Below are positions 47,201 to 59,477 of a DNA stretch of 64,000 nt, piece after piece. How positions within the stretch are numbered: the stretch's first letter is position 1; each line of letters opens with the position of its first letter. Made by a program: the position numbers and the translations under genes. A model generated the notes under the pieces. That model saw only the letters and a list, made by a program, of their open reading frames with translations. It was not told where the DNA came from and made no database searches. The stretch comes from Utricularia gibba (taxonomy: Eukaryota > Plantae > Magnoliophyta): contig NEEC01000027.1 in NCBI GenBank assembly GCA_002189035.1, positions 186,001-250,000 of the forward strand, in the 5' to 3' direction.

Positions 47201-49658
47201 CCTTTTGTTTCATCAAGTTGCCCTTCTTTTGGATTCGGTGCTGCATTTTTATGAAAAATTGATCTCCATTCAGGTTCTGGAAACTAACAGAGTTGAGGAG
47301 TCGCAGAATCATGTACATAGGATGTACTTCATGGGTCCAAACACATTTAGTGAACCTTGGCATCTACCTCACACACCACCTGAACAAGTAAAAGAAATAG
47401 TGTAAGTCTTTAGGGTTTGGCTATAAATTATCTACATTGTCCATATTTTTCTCCTGGTGGTGTATCTTGTCTTGAAAACTCGAAGTCCAAATGTATTTAA
47501 CTTGCTTTCGTTGCAGATATGAGGGTGCATTTAATTCTTTCGTGGATGAAATTAATGCTCTGGCTGCATATCAGTGGTGGGAAGGATCAGTTCATAGTAT
47601 TCTTTGCATTGTTGCGTATCCACTTGCATGGTCATGGCAACAATGGCGACGACGGATGAAGCTGCAAAAATTAAAAGAGTTTGTGCGATCTGAATATGAT
47701 CATGCTTGCTTGCGCTCTTGCCGGTCACGTGCTCTCTATGAAGGATTAAAGGTTGATTTTTTGTTCATTTTTTCTTGTCTTGGCTTTTGATGAATAACGT
47801 AAGACCTTCATAAGCATTTTCCTTGGTGTGGCTCAAACTTGGTAGCTTTTGATGAATCATTGGTGTCCATGGTGAATATGTTTTGCGGTAGTGGATGTTC
47901 TTAATTGAATGGATATCAGTGTGGATACTGAATTCTCAGTTTGATTTTCGTTCTTTCTTTCTCGCTTGTTTTGCATACAATTATGCAACACTGTTGTTAA
48001 ATTGTAGGTGGCTGCCACACCAGATCTGATGCTGGCGTACATTGACTTCTTCCTCGGTGGTGATGAAAAGAGGAGTGATCTTCCTCCTCGTCTCCATCAA
48101 AGATTTCCAATGTCCATATTATTTGGGGGTGATGGAAGCTACATGACTGCTTTTTCTCTTCACAATGATAATGTCATCACCAGTCTCATGAGTCAGGTTT
48201 GCCATTTTCCTACTTGAGACTTGAAGCTGTTGCTCGAGATTTTTCTTAACTTAGAACACGTCGTGTGATTCTTAACATAGATAAACTGTTTTCAGTCTAT
48301 TCCACCTACTGTCTGGTATCGTTTTGCTGCTGGTTTGAATGCTCAACTGCGCTTGGTGAAAAGGGGATGCCTCAGGTCAAAGTTTCGACCTGTCATTCAG
48401 TGGCTTGAGGTTACTGCAAACCCAGCATTGAGGGCTTATAGTGTGCACGTGGATCTTGCAAAGTTTCAGGCCACAGCCAGTGGGTATTGTCATTATGGAA
48501 TTTTGATATATGCTGTTGAACGGGATATTGGCCTTTCACTAAGGTTTCTCGATGGAGCATCTGGGAATGATCATGAGTCACCGTATGAATCTCATTCTAA
48601 ATTACTTATAGTATTGTCTGCCTAGTATTGTAGGTAAACATCCATTATGGGAAAGCATGCTCACGTCTTATTGCTTTGTTTTGTTGTGTAGTTCCATCAG
48701 TACCCACTTGAAAGACGAAGGAAGTACTGGGGTTTATTTGAGGAGGAAGAATCATGCTGGGATTCTAGATATCAACAGTTTGAAAGCTCTCGAGGAGAAA
48801 AGAGATGTGTTTTTTCTTATCTCTTTTCTTATCCACAACACTAAACCTGTTGGCCACCAGGTACATTCTCTTCCCTCCCAGTCGTTATTGATGCACATTT
48901 CTGCTCGTTCCAGTCAAATCTTCTCCCTTAGTTGTATCTTAACTTATGTTTAGGTGAAGGTCACTTTTTTTCTTGCTGAAAATACTGTAAATTCCTTTTA
49001 CTGCAGGACCTTGTCGGCCTGGTAATCTCCATATTGCTTCTAGGAGATTTTAGCCTTGTGCTGCTTTCATTTCTCCAGTTGTATTCATTTTCATTGGTAG
49101 ACGTCTTTCTAGTTTTGTTCATTATACCGTTGGGCATTTTACTTCCCTTCCCTGCTGGGATCAACGCTTTGTTCAGTCATGGATCCAGGCGATCAGCTGG
49201 CCTTGCACGCTTATATGCTTTGTGGAACCTGGCATCACTAATTAACGTGGTATCTTACGCTTACAACATTTTCTATGTTTTCAGACAAATAATTTACCTT
49301 TTGTGGTCGATGATAATATGTATTCGTTCTTCCCAGGGTGTCGCATTCTTGTGCGGCTACATTCACTTTCATTCGCCGTCGAGCCGAAGACCTCCATATT
49401 TTCAGCCTTGGAAAATGTAAGACTCTCAACCAACAACCACCCAAGGTGTGTTTAACTACTTGTTGTGGCCTGGTTTTGATGAAGCTTGGTTCTCCACTAT
49501 CTATCTACAGGGATGAGAGTGAATGGTGGATATTCCCTCTCGCTCTTGTGTTGTGTAAATGCGTGCAGTCAAAGTTCGTAAATTTGCATGTCGCAAATTT
49601 GGAGATCCAGGATCGTTCTTTGTACAGCAACGACTTCGACTTGTTCTGGCAGTCCTAG
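41258..49658 (+). CDS. Large conserved plant Gly-rich multi-pass membrane protein of unknown function (recalled family of At5g11700/At4g32920/At5g47020), more than 20 exons
   Basis: Signal peptide, poly-Pro, CESDLGGVGSLDTTC, repeated GGGHGGRG and GGGSGG turns, a Cys-rich ACPKGLYG...CPVGTYK segment, several C-terminal TM helices, ending DLFWQS*. The junctions I checked are in frame. The start could be ATG 41303. Confidence 0.88.
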
Positions 49659-50138
49659 TAGTATTTATTCCTCGAGCCAGCAAAGCCAACAACCCTCCTC
49701 ACACACGCCCATCAGGTTTTTGACATGGGCTTTTTACTGCTATATCGTCGCAGCAGCAGCAGCTTAGAAGAGGCTAGTAGAGTCATTGAGTGACACAGGT
49801 TAAGTTCAGGGGTAGAGGAAAAGCGTGCTGGGGAACGAACAGACAACGACTGCCACAAGACAACAGAGTTCGGGCAGGCGTTTCTTTTGTTCTCCTGTCT
49901 TCGGTTTGTGTAAATATCAAATGCAGACCTGTATCTTGCACTGCGTCGCGTCATTGATCAAATTCATTCGGCTCCTCTGCAATCTCCCGAGGGTTGAAAT
50001 TATAGCGTCATTGGCTTCATTATTTCAATTGAGGATGCTTGGGTACTGGGAACGCAAGCAAGCATCGCCACATAGGCATCATAGGCTGCACTCAGACAAG
50101 AGACGGGAGTTGGCCGGGCCGTGGGTGGACTAGTGCTT

Positions 50139-50198
50139 AGCCCATCCTTTTTAGCGCCCCTGGTTTGTTGGGCCAACCCTGCAAACATAAAATGGGCT
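50139..50198. promoter_or_regulatory. Site II cluster with no adjacent protein-coding start
   Basis: AGCCCA at 50139, TGGGCC at 50169 and TGGGCT at 50193. Confidence 0.35.
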
Positions 50199-51408
50199 TA
50201 TCCCTTTCGGCGTACGGCGGTCACCGTCCTGATCGCCGGGGCAGCTGGGGGACTTTTCGCGAGCCAGGCGTCAATTTCACGCCATTACAGCTTTTCATTT
50301 TCTGTTGCCTCTCACACGCGCGCGCGCCGCTTTCAATGGTGAATTTAGGAATCGCGGCCCGCCCAGGTTCGATTGATTGATCGTACAAGAAATGTGTGGA
50401 TGATCATATGATGTGCGAGGTGGAAGGAAATCGTCACAGAGCTCCGGTTGCCCTCATATATTTCACTTTTTATCTTGTGTTTCTACTTTGCATTCAATTC
50501 CACATTTAGATTTTGTCCTCGGTTGGTTGCATGATCTTCCGTAACCGGTTGTATTGCTTTATTTTGTAGTCGAAACCTGAGAAAAAAGCTGCGATTATGG
50601 AGGATTTCCAAGAACCTTGAAACATGCTCCTGTTGGTGGTACCAACAAGTACATGGTAACCCAAGGGAACCTGGAACTGTGATTAGAGTGAAGAACGTAT
50701 TGATATTCTTCCTTCTTTTTCGTTCACCGAGTTACTTCATTCGGTCCTTAAGGTAACCTGTGCCCTTGATGGCCCCTGCCCCTTCCGTGGATACAGTATT
50801 TTGAAAAATACACATTGAGACTGTGGGGTTGGTGCCATGGTTAAAAGAGTTGTATTGATACTCACTGATTTGGAATCATTACAACTCTCTGGATAGTGAT
50901 TTATGCATATCTCCTAAACCATTTCAGGCCATTGATCAGATTCCCTAAAGACCAATGCATGAAGTGGCTGAAAAGCGTGGTACATACATAGCTCATAAAA
51001 AGCAGGATGAATGATAATACCACAAGGTAATTTCGTGGAGCTGGTGGGATAACGGTGAAGAAAAGAAACCCTTTTTGGCCGATCGCTCCCGCCCAGCGCA
51101 ACCTCGTCGTTGAGAGCATCGGCGGTGACCTCATTGAACAGGGCCTCTGATGTCGAGGGGCTGAAATCGGAATGATGTTTCTTGGAATCCTTATGCAGTG
51201 CCTCTTCCCTCAAGATTTTATACAAAAGAAAAGAAAAATCTTTCACAAAAACGCACTCACTGACTAGGGCGAGCACCCCCAGGCCAAAAGGGATGGTTTA
51301 TTAGGTGAGGGGATTGATTACACACGAGATTATTCTTCATATATATTTGCATTCAAAACCAGGATACTAGTTATTGCATTGGATCATATCCTCGAGGTTG
51401 ATGCCTCT

Positions 51409-52348
51409 TTAGGGCGCCTCCCTTGCGACCTGCGGGCAGTTTGATGGCAAAGTGCGATGACAATGATGGATCAGCAGTCCATTAAAAAAGAAGAGGTGGG
51501 GGGTGGTGAATACCAGCAAGTAGTTATCCAGCTTCCTTTTGAGTGTTGCATGTTCTTGTACCACCTCTTGATATGTCTTCATGCAACTTCATTGTTCATG
51601 AAGACAGCACGAGCCATAGGAGGGGGAAAATAGCACGAATCACTATGATTATCTAGAAAGTAAAATAGTACTGTGTAACACGAAGTTCGAATTTTTACCC
51701 TTCCTTGTCCCCATTTCTGCAGTGCCCTTGAAATAGGTTGCACGCCTTCTTGATCCTCTTGGCTCCAATGCTGCAAGATGAGCAGGTCCGGAGTATAGGG
51801 TTTGTTTGCTCTTCAGATTCATTAGAAGGCACTTACTATGTTTGTTATTTTTACCTTGAACTGCTACCCTTCATCTGATGCATAATGTTTTCCATCTTCT
51901 CGAAGTCCGAGGAGCTCTCTTCCCTGAACACATGGTTTAAGGTAAGCATCTTTTCTAATCCCTGTTAGTGAAAGGTGCTTCACTCACATGCATGACTTTA
52001 GGTTTCTGATAAGCCTGGCGGAATCCGAAAAGTAAAGCTTCACGATCTCCTCTACAAAGAAAGGGTTGGCATCGTCCTGCAGTTCTTCCAGTTGGTTGAA
52101 CTGTTCATCCAGGTATCCCTGCATGCCAAAAACTTCGTGTATAGTTAGCTCTTTTGCAATAAAACGTGAGGGCTTAGAAATAATTGTCTTGTACTGCCTC
52201 TTCGGACTCATGGGGACGGTGATTCTAGGTTCGATCGATCACAATAGTGACCACTGATAAGATTTCATTAGGTGTGTGAGATGAGAACCTGGTCAAAGAG
52301 ATTTTTCCTCATTTGAGCAGCTTGGAGTTGACGGTGATTCCCTGCCAT
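51409..52348 (-). CDS. AHP4: Histidine-containing phosphotransfer protein, AHP4-like (141 aa), phospho-accepting His retained
   Basis: Exons 52348-52289, 52118-51988, 51923-51855, 51770-51699, 51586-51514 and 51429-51409 give MAGNHRQLQAAQMRKNLFDQGYLDEQFNQLEELQDDANP...MHQMKGSSSSIGAKRIK...VAREAP*. Confidence 0.9.
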
Positions 52349-53914
52349 CCTAAAAGAGGCCAAGAGAAAAAGGTGGGCCTTTTTCTTTCTTTTGCGTTTG
52401 AACTATCTGTCTCTGTGTTTCAAACCAATGTGGCTCGCAGCGCATATATATAGAGTGGGGGGACACAAAAGAGTGGTGGTGGTTTAGCAGACAACCCGCA
52501 AGTGTCTTTAGTTGTTGTTTCGTGTATGTATGGATATGATTTACAAGACAGTGACTAATAGTTGTTGTTTCATGCTAATAGTTCAGAAACGCTTCTTCTA
52601 ACATTTTCCTTTTTTTTCAAATCCGATGTTGGATAGGTGATCAGTGTAGCACTCACTCAGTGCACTCCCTTGTGGTCTCAACAAGTGCCACGAGATGCTT
52701 CGCTCTTGGTGTGAATTTGAGGTTCACCAGACGACACTGAACTTGGTTGGAAGAAAAACAAAATGGAGAGGCGCTCTCACGCAATTCCAAAGCAGGATGC
52801 TTGATGGGTATTGAGGAGCATAAAACTAGACGTAAATGTTGTTGTGTGGTCACAAAAGACTTAGTTCCCTGCCTTTCTCAAAGCTAACAAAAGCATCTGT
52901 TAACAACTTGAGCTCTGTCTCATCTTGACCCGAAACCGATGTATTATTCTCTAACGTTCTTATCCTCTTCCTTCAAAATTTCAAACATGTGTCCCCCTCC
53001 CGTTCCTTTGAAATAAGTGAAGGAATAATTCTACCATCTCCTGACCTGAGGCCTGTAATTTCGCGTCCGTTTAGTAGTAACATTGGGCTGCCATTTTTGC
53101 AGCCCATTGCTGACGAACCGGTAGATGGAGCAAGCCATGTGGATCACGTATATGCGAGAAGAGAACCAACAAATGTCAATTTTGGATGCAGTAGTAATCC
53201 ATGCATCATCTTAATCGTCGATGATGACGTTTACCCACCACCGGTTGTGCTTAATGGGTAAAATTGCAGCAGTATCAGGAGCTACCTTTTACTGGACGCC
53301 AAAGGGCTCGCTGATCCTGATCATGTGTGTCGTCGGAGTCATCGGGGGTAAGTCTGAGTACGTCGTTTCCTAAACGATGGAGGGATTCCGGTGACAAAAC
53401 ACGGCGTGTGAAATGGGAAGGCGTTGGCTCGCCTTCGCCTGTTGCCTGGTGGGAGGGAGAAATATTATTATGAATCAGCTTTAAGGAGAAATAAACAGGG
53501 CGCTAGCTGATTGGTCACCATAATTACTGTCATAATTACACCTGGGTATTTCTGTCTCCCCTGGGAGTTGAGGTTCGCCAGTTGCCAGTCGATCTGATTC
53601 ATCAAGTCCTCGATTCTCTCATCTCGAGGCTTTCAGAATTCCCGGTTGGGTTAATCGGGCTTCGAGTTGTTTTCTTGCGATGCGATCTGCACCTGAATAG
53701 AGCTGCTTGCTTGTCTCCGGAGATTGTTTCTTGTCGATTTGTGGTAGCTGGTGGGGGTTTAGGTGCATGCGCGATCTGAGTTCTCAGTGGTGAGGAGGTA
53801 TCAGGTGAATTGGTGTGGCCTATTCACGGAAAGTAACAAAAGTTTGTTCTTTTCGAGGCTCGTTTTGCGTGGGGGACACGAAGTGATGATTTGGGTGCAC
53901 GGGAGAAGGTGAAA

Positions 53915-56900
53915 ATGGACGAGCAAGATAGTGGTGGTAAAGGCAGTGATAAGGGTTTAGGAGTTGAGGATGAGGGCAGTACTGCACCTATTCCTGAAAG
54001 GGTTTGTGACAATACTTATGCCTCTTAGCTTCTTATGACATTTCAATTTTTAATCGCATTAATATGCGCTCGCGTTTGCATTTTGATGGATTTCTTCGGC
54101 CGGAGGTTAGAAAAAAGAAAATGTTACAGATTTGTGGCAGTGTTTTTGAATTGAAGGTGGTGGTTCAATTTTTTATAGGTTGCCTAAATATGTCCTTTTG
54201 AGGGGTCTTGCATATACCTCTTGTTTAGGGGATTGTGGACTGTAAGGAGATGGGTGTCCCTTGAAGGATTGAGTATTTGTTCGTTTCAGAATTGATTGAA
54301 AATCCATTATTTTTTTAATATTTTATTCTGTGCTGATGATTATGACAGTGATCGGCTTTCATCTATGACTACTGGATTCGATCTTTAGATGATTACTGAA
54401 ATATCCTATTGGTTTCATGGTGCTTCTTTTTTTTGTGTTGGAAAACGCAGTTGCAATTCCAGTTTCCTCTGGATGTTGTTATCTTAAAGTTCATTAAGGG
54501 GCCTAGGATTCTTTTTGTTTACTCCAGATGTGCCTCTGTGTCACAGGTGCTAGTTGGTGGCTCTCCTGCTTACAGAGTAGAGGCGAAACTTGGGAAGGGT
54601 GGATTTGGACAAGTGTATGTTGGTCATAGAATAAACCCTCCAAATCCAAAAGAAAGAATTGGCCCAGGCGCCGTAGAGGTACATTCATAGTCTTCTTATT
54701 CTTTTATTGTTGCACAAATGTTTCTGTTTCTCCAATTTTTTTTTCTCTCTTTTAGGTTGCATTGAAGTTTGAGCACCGCAGCAGCAAAGGGTGTAACCAT
54801 GGACCACCTTATGAATGGCAAGTCTACGGGTGAGCTTATGTTCTTCCTTCTTCTCTCATCCTAATGTTAATTTGACATGCTTTAGTTTTATCTATTTTTG
54901 CCTTCCTGCTTTGCACCCTCATTGTAATATTCCAAGCTTAATAATTTTCTTGGGTTTTACATGTTCTAGTGCACTTGGTGGTAGCCATGGAATTCCACGT
55001 GTACACTACAAGGGGAAGCAAGGTGACTACTATATTATGGTATGGGTTCATATACAAAGCTTCCCTTAATCTCGGCTCATTGCACGCTTGATTAGTTTTT
55101 GTTTTTTCTTTTTTCAGGTTATGGACATGCTTGGCCCTAGTCTGTGGGATGTATGGAACAACAATTCCCACACGTTAGTCTTCCTTGGTGTATGCAGTTA
55201 GATTTCCTTTTTCACCATTATAAGAATTCACACCTAACATTGAAATATCATGTTTGCAGAATGTCCATTGAAATGGTGGCATGCATTGCCATTGAAGCAA
55301 TCTCGATTTTAGAGAAGTTGCACTCTAGAGGGTAATTTTTTTGAGTCTCGACTTTTAGGCCTGGAAAAAGTGATTGGAGATGATCGAATGCTTTCAAAGT
55401 TCTGTAGTGATTTCAATATTTAATCTCCAGAGAAGTGTAGCTCTTTTCTGGAGATGCGACAACTAAGTTGCTTTGAGAAGTTGATCTCTGAATATATGTT
55501 CCGGTTTTTGGTCTATAGATGCTAACATTGAAGATTTGTGTGTAGCTTCACCAGTTATACATATGCTGGAATTTTATCTTCAATTGAATTCATGTTATTT
55601 TACTGAAATACATGTCTTATGCTATTACAGATATGTTCATGGTGATGTGAAGCCAGAGAATTTTCTTCTTGGTCCTGCTGGAACTTCAGATGAGAAAAAA
55701 CTTTTTCTGATTGATCTGGGTTTGGGTAATATAACTTGTCCTCTGGTGAATGCTGGAGAGATTTTCCAGTGGAGTGTTCTCTACTCACCGTTTGTGCTTA
55801 CTTTTCAGCTACCAAATGGCGTGATAACTCAACTGGTCTTCATGTCGAGTACGATCAACGTCCCGACGTTTTCAGGTGAAATTATGAACCCTTCTATCAT
55901 ATGTCCTGTTCCTTCATAGTATAATTTTCCATGTTTATTAATATATTAACTGCTGAGCAGGGGAACTGTCCGGTATGCTAGTGTACATGCACATCTTGGA
56001 AGAACTGGAAGTCGCAGAGATGACTTAGAGTCCCTTGCTTATACTCTCATTTTTCTTCTCAGAGGCCGGCTGCCATGGCAAGGGTATCAGGTTATTATTC
56101 GTCGCTGTGCTCGCATTTTTTATTCTTGTTTATGGTAATCGTCATGAATTTTCAATGATGGTCTTTTTAGGGTGAGAACAAGGGGTTCCTTGTTTGCAAG
56201 AAGAAGATGGCAACTTCTCCAGAGGCACTTTGTTGCTTCTGTCCTGCTCCTTTCAGACAATTTATTGAGTATGTCGTAAATTTGAAGTTTGACGAGGAGC
56301 CCAATTATGCAAAATACATATCCCTCTTTGATGGAATAGTTGGTCCGAATCCCGATATCCGGCCAATCAATACTGAGGGTGCTCAGAAGGTATCCTATTC
56401 TGTCCTGCATTTTGTAAGGATTCGTCTACTAATGTTTTCTTCGAATAAATTACAATCTGTTCCAAAACAACTACTGCTTTGTGAAGTTGATATATCAAGT
56501 TGGGCATAAAAGAGGAAGGCTTGTGATGGATGAAGATGATGATGAACAGCCTAAGAAAAAAGTTCGAATGGGGATGCCTGCAACTCAATGGATTAGTGTG
56601 TACAATGCTCGACGACCAATGAAGCAAAGGTACAGTGCTTCTGTGCTTTTCGGCCTGATAGCCCCAGTTAAGATACACAACTAAGTTACTTAGCTCTGAA
56701 CCTGCAGGTACCACTATAATGTTACAGATACAAGACTTTCTCAGCATATTCAGAAAGGAAACGAAGATGGGCTGTACATTAGCTGTGTGGCATCGTGCTC
56801 CAATCTTTGGGCTCTTATTATGGATGCCGGCACTGGCTTTACAAGTCAAGTTTATCAACTATCACCTCAATTTTTACACAAGGTTCTAAATTTTGTGTGA

Positions 56901-57873
56901 TTTGGATACATCTGTGCTCCTTTTTACCTGCAGTTTTATGATTTGTTCGCAGCACATATGCCGTGATATTTAATCTAATTTCGGTTACCTATACAGGAAT
57001 GGATCATGGAACACTGGGAGAACAACTATTACATCACTGCAGTAGCTGGAGCAAACAATGGGAGCTCACTAGTAGTGATGTCCAAAGGCAAGATTCTGAT
57101 TCCAGTCTGACATATTTTCTGACTTTAAATTGAACCGCTTTTCGATAAAAACGCAGGTACCCAGTATCTTCAACAGTCGTACAAAGTGAGCGAAGCTTTT
57201 CCATTTAAATGGATTAACAAAAAATGGAGGGAAGGCTTCCATGTCACTGCCATGGCTACTGCAGGGACGAGATGGGCGATCATCATGTCTCGTGGGGCTG
57301 GTTTTTCAAATCAAGTAAGCCTCTCTTTATTTCATTTACGTTAGTGTTAAGAGTTGAGCTTGATCAAGTAGTGGCGGACATGAACATATCCCTATAATAC
57401 ATTGATTGAATCACCTCATTTGCGTCCACTGATTGAACTATGTATTCATATTTGTTTGTCCTAGATAAGCATTTGTAAGAAACAGTATGCAAAATCATGG
57501 ACAAGGAGACAAACTGGCCAACTTACCTCTTGACTTTCTTTTTCAGGTGGTGGAGTTGGACTTCCTGTATCCAAGTGAAGGCATTCATAGGAGATGGGAC
57601 TCTGGCTACAGAATCACCTCAGTTGCAGCAACGTGGGATCAGGCGGCCTTTGTTCTTAGCGTTCCACGAAGAAAACCAGCAGACGAAACTCAGGAGACCC
57701 TACGAACATCAGCTTTTCCTAGTGCCCATGTGAAGGTTTCCTTTGATGCATTAGTTGTTACCTACCGCTCGTTCCATCTCCTTGCCTGATTCTCATCTTC
57801 TCCTTTCTGGCAGGATAAATGGGGAAAGAATCTCTACATTGCATCTGTGTGCTATGGAAGAACTGTTTCCTGA
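53915..57873 (+). CDS. MLK: Plant-specific casein kinase 1-like kinase (MUT9-like kinase / PPK / HD16 family)
   Basis: MDEQDSGG...[48 protein letters not shown], and the family C-terminal domain [15 protein letters not shown]...CYGRTVS*. One GC-AG intron at 57088-57156. Confidence 0.94.
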
Positions 57874-58580
57874 AGCAATGGAGACCCTCATCGTAGTTTA
57901 TTGATGCTCTTCCCTAACCAGTGGGTGACAAGGCAGTTTCCAAGTTTTTTGCGGAAGAGCCCAGTTCACCTTTCTTCACATGGCACTTGTATTTGACCAG
58001 CTCCATCCAGATGTTTTAGGCTGTTCCTTGATCCTCATTTAATGAAAAATGTATAGTTCTGAACTAGTGAGGTTATTCCAAATAGGGCTTCGATTTTGAT
58101 TCTATCCCTGCCATTGTGCACTCAAATCTGAATCAAGTGAACAAACCCCAAATCTGCAGTGCTACCAAATGCTCACCCTGGTCCCAAAAATAAAAACGAA
58201 GCACGAATATTTCACCAAGGAAAAGGACTTGGCCTGTCCACTCACACAGCATCTGTTCTCCGAGCCTGGAACAGAGGAAAACAGCAGCTTCCATCAAGAC
58301 TCATGTGAAGGTGGTCTGCTTTTTTGTCACTCCACAAATCCATATTTTGCTCCAACAAAAGCAACATCACCAAGTGATGGCTGTGATTCAACCTCCCGTG
58401 ACCCATCGACGCCATCCATCGGCCAACATAATCCCTACTGGTGATCAACCACATAAACTGCATGTCGAAACCTCATCCACAGACGCTCCCAGAACCCCCT
58501 CCGTCTATAAAATCCACAGCCCCACTTTTCGGCTTGATGACTCATCGACAAACAACTTAGGAATCTTTTCAGCACGAGTC

Positions 58581-59090
58581 ATGGCTCCAAACGGTGATGT
58601 CTTACCCAATATCAACCAGAAAACAGGGAAGATTACCAAGGAACTGTTGCTTCACCGCACGATCTCAGAAGTTTCATATGGTGCCAGTGACTTAAGCTCC
58701 CAGATATCTGAAACAGAGAGCGCGAAATGCGAGTGCTGTGGCTTGTTGGAGGAGTTCACGCCCAACTATGTGAAGCGGGTCCGTGAGAAGCACTGTGGTA
58801 AGATGATCTGCGGTCTGTGTGCAGCAGCAGTGAGCATGGAGAAGGAGAAGAATGGCGGCAAGATGGAAGCGGCTTTGCAGGCGCATGTGACCACCTGTGC
58901 TCGGTTCAATAAGGTGGGAAGGAGGTTTCCAGTACTTGGGCAGGCGGAGGCGATGAGGGAGATCTTACGGCGGAGCAGAGCCAAATCTCTGACCCTTGGA
59001 GAGAGGAGTGACACTAAATGGAACAAAGGCTCCATCATATCCAGAAGTTCCAGCTGCATTCCCGCCATAACCAGAGACTTTCAAATATGA
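58581..59090 (+). CDS. DUF1677 family Cys-rich protein, single exon
   Basis: AKCECCGLLEEFTPNYV...GKMICGLCAAAV and a terminal SRSSSCIPAI. A TATAAA near 58506 supports ATG 58581 rather than the longer ORF call. Confidence 0.88.
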   Translation: MAPNGDVLPNINQKTGKITKELLLHRTISEVSYGASDLSSQISETESAKCECCGLLEEFTPNYVKRVREKHCGKMICGLCAAAVSMEKEKNGGKMEAALQAHVTTCARFNKVGRRFPVLGQAEAMREILRRSRAKSLTLGERSDTKWNKGSIISRSSSCIPAITRDFQI

Positions 59091-59477
59091 AACAACCCTG
59101 CAACCTGCGGACTTGCAATAATTCTATAGGTTCCTATTCAGAGGGATAAGAATAATTTTCTAGTTCAGATTTCACGAGAATTCGTATTAAATCAACAAAT
59201 ACAAGAATGAAACTGCAACAGCCTTCAGTGAACAATCATTATCGGTAACCAACAAAACCAGATATACGTTGACAGACATACCAGAAGAAATGTGACAGGC
59301 TGAATTCCTAACACCGTATGAGGATTTTTCGTATGATCAAACCCGCTACGCCTACTGGTGTATGGAATGCAGGTTTGAAATAGCACAGCTGTACAAGAAC
59401 CACCACAAGATAACAGAACCCTCCATTTTTAGGAACCAGATAGATTGGCAGTACCCTGATTAAATAGTTTGCTGCAC

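Noticed and set aside
50914-51276. 120-aa minus-strand ORF downstream of AHP4
   Set aside because: GTG start, no family motif, and no room for its own promoter; likely within the AHP 3' region.
52653-53400. Short ORFs and an exon-like hydrophobic stretch (…GSLILIMCVVGVIG|GTAAGT) between AHP4 and MLK
   Set aside because: I could not join them to any frame or recognise a family.
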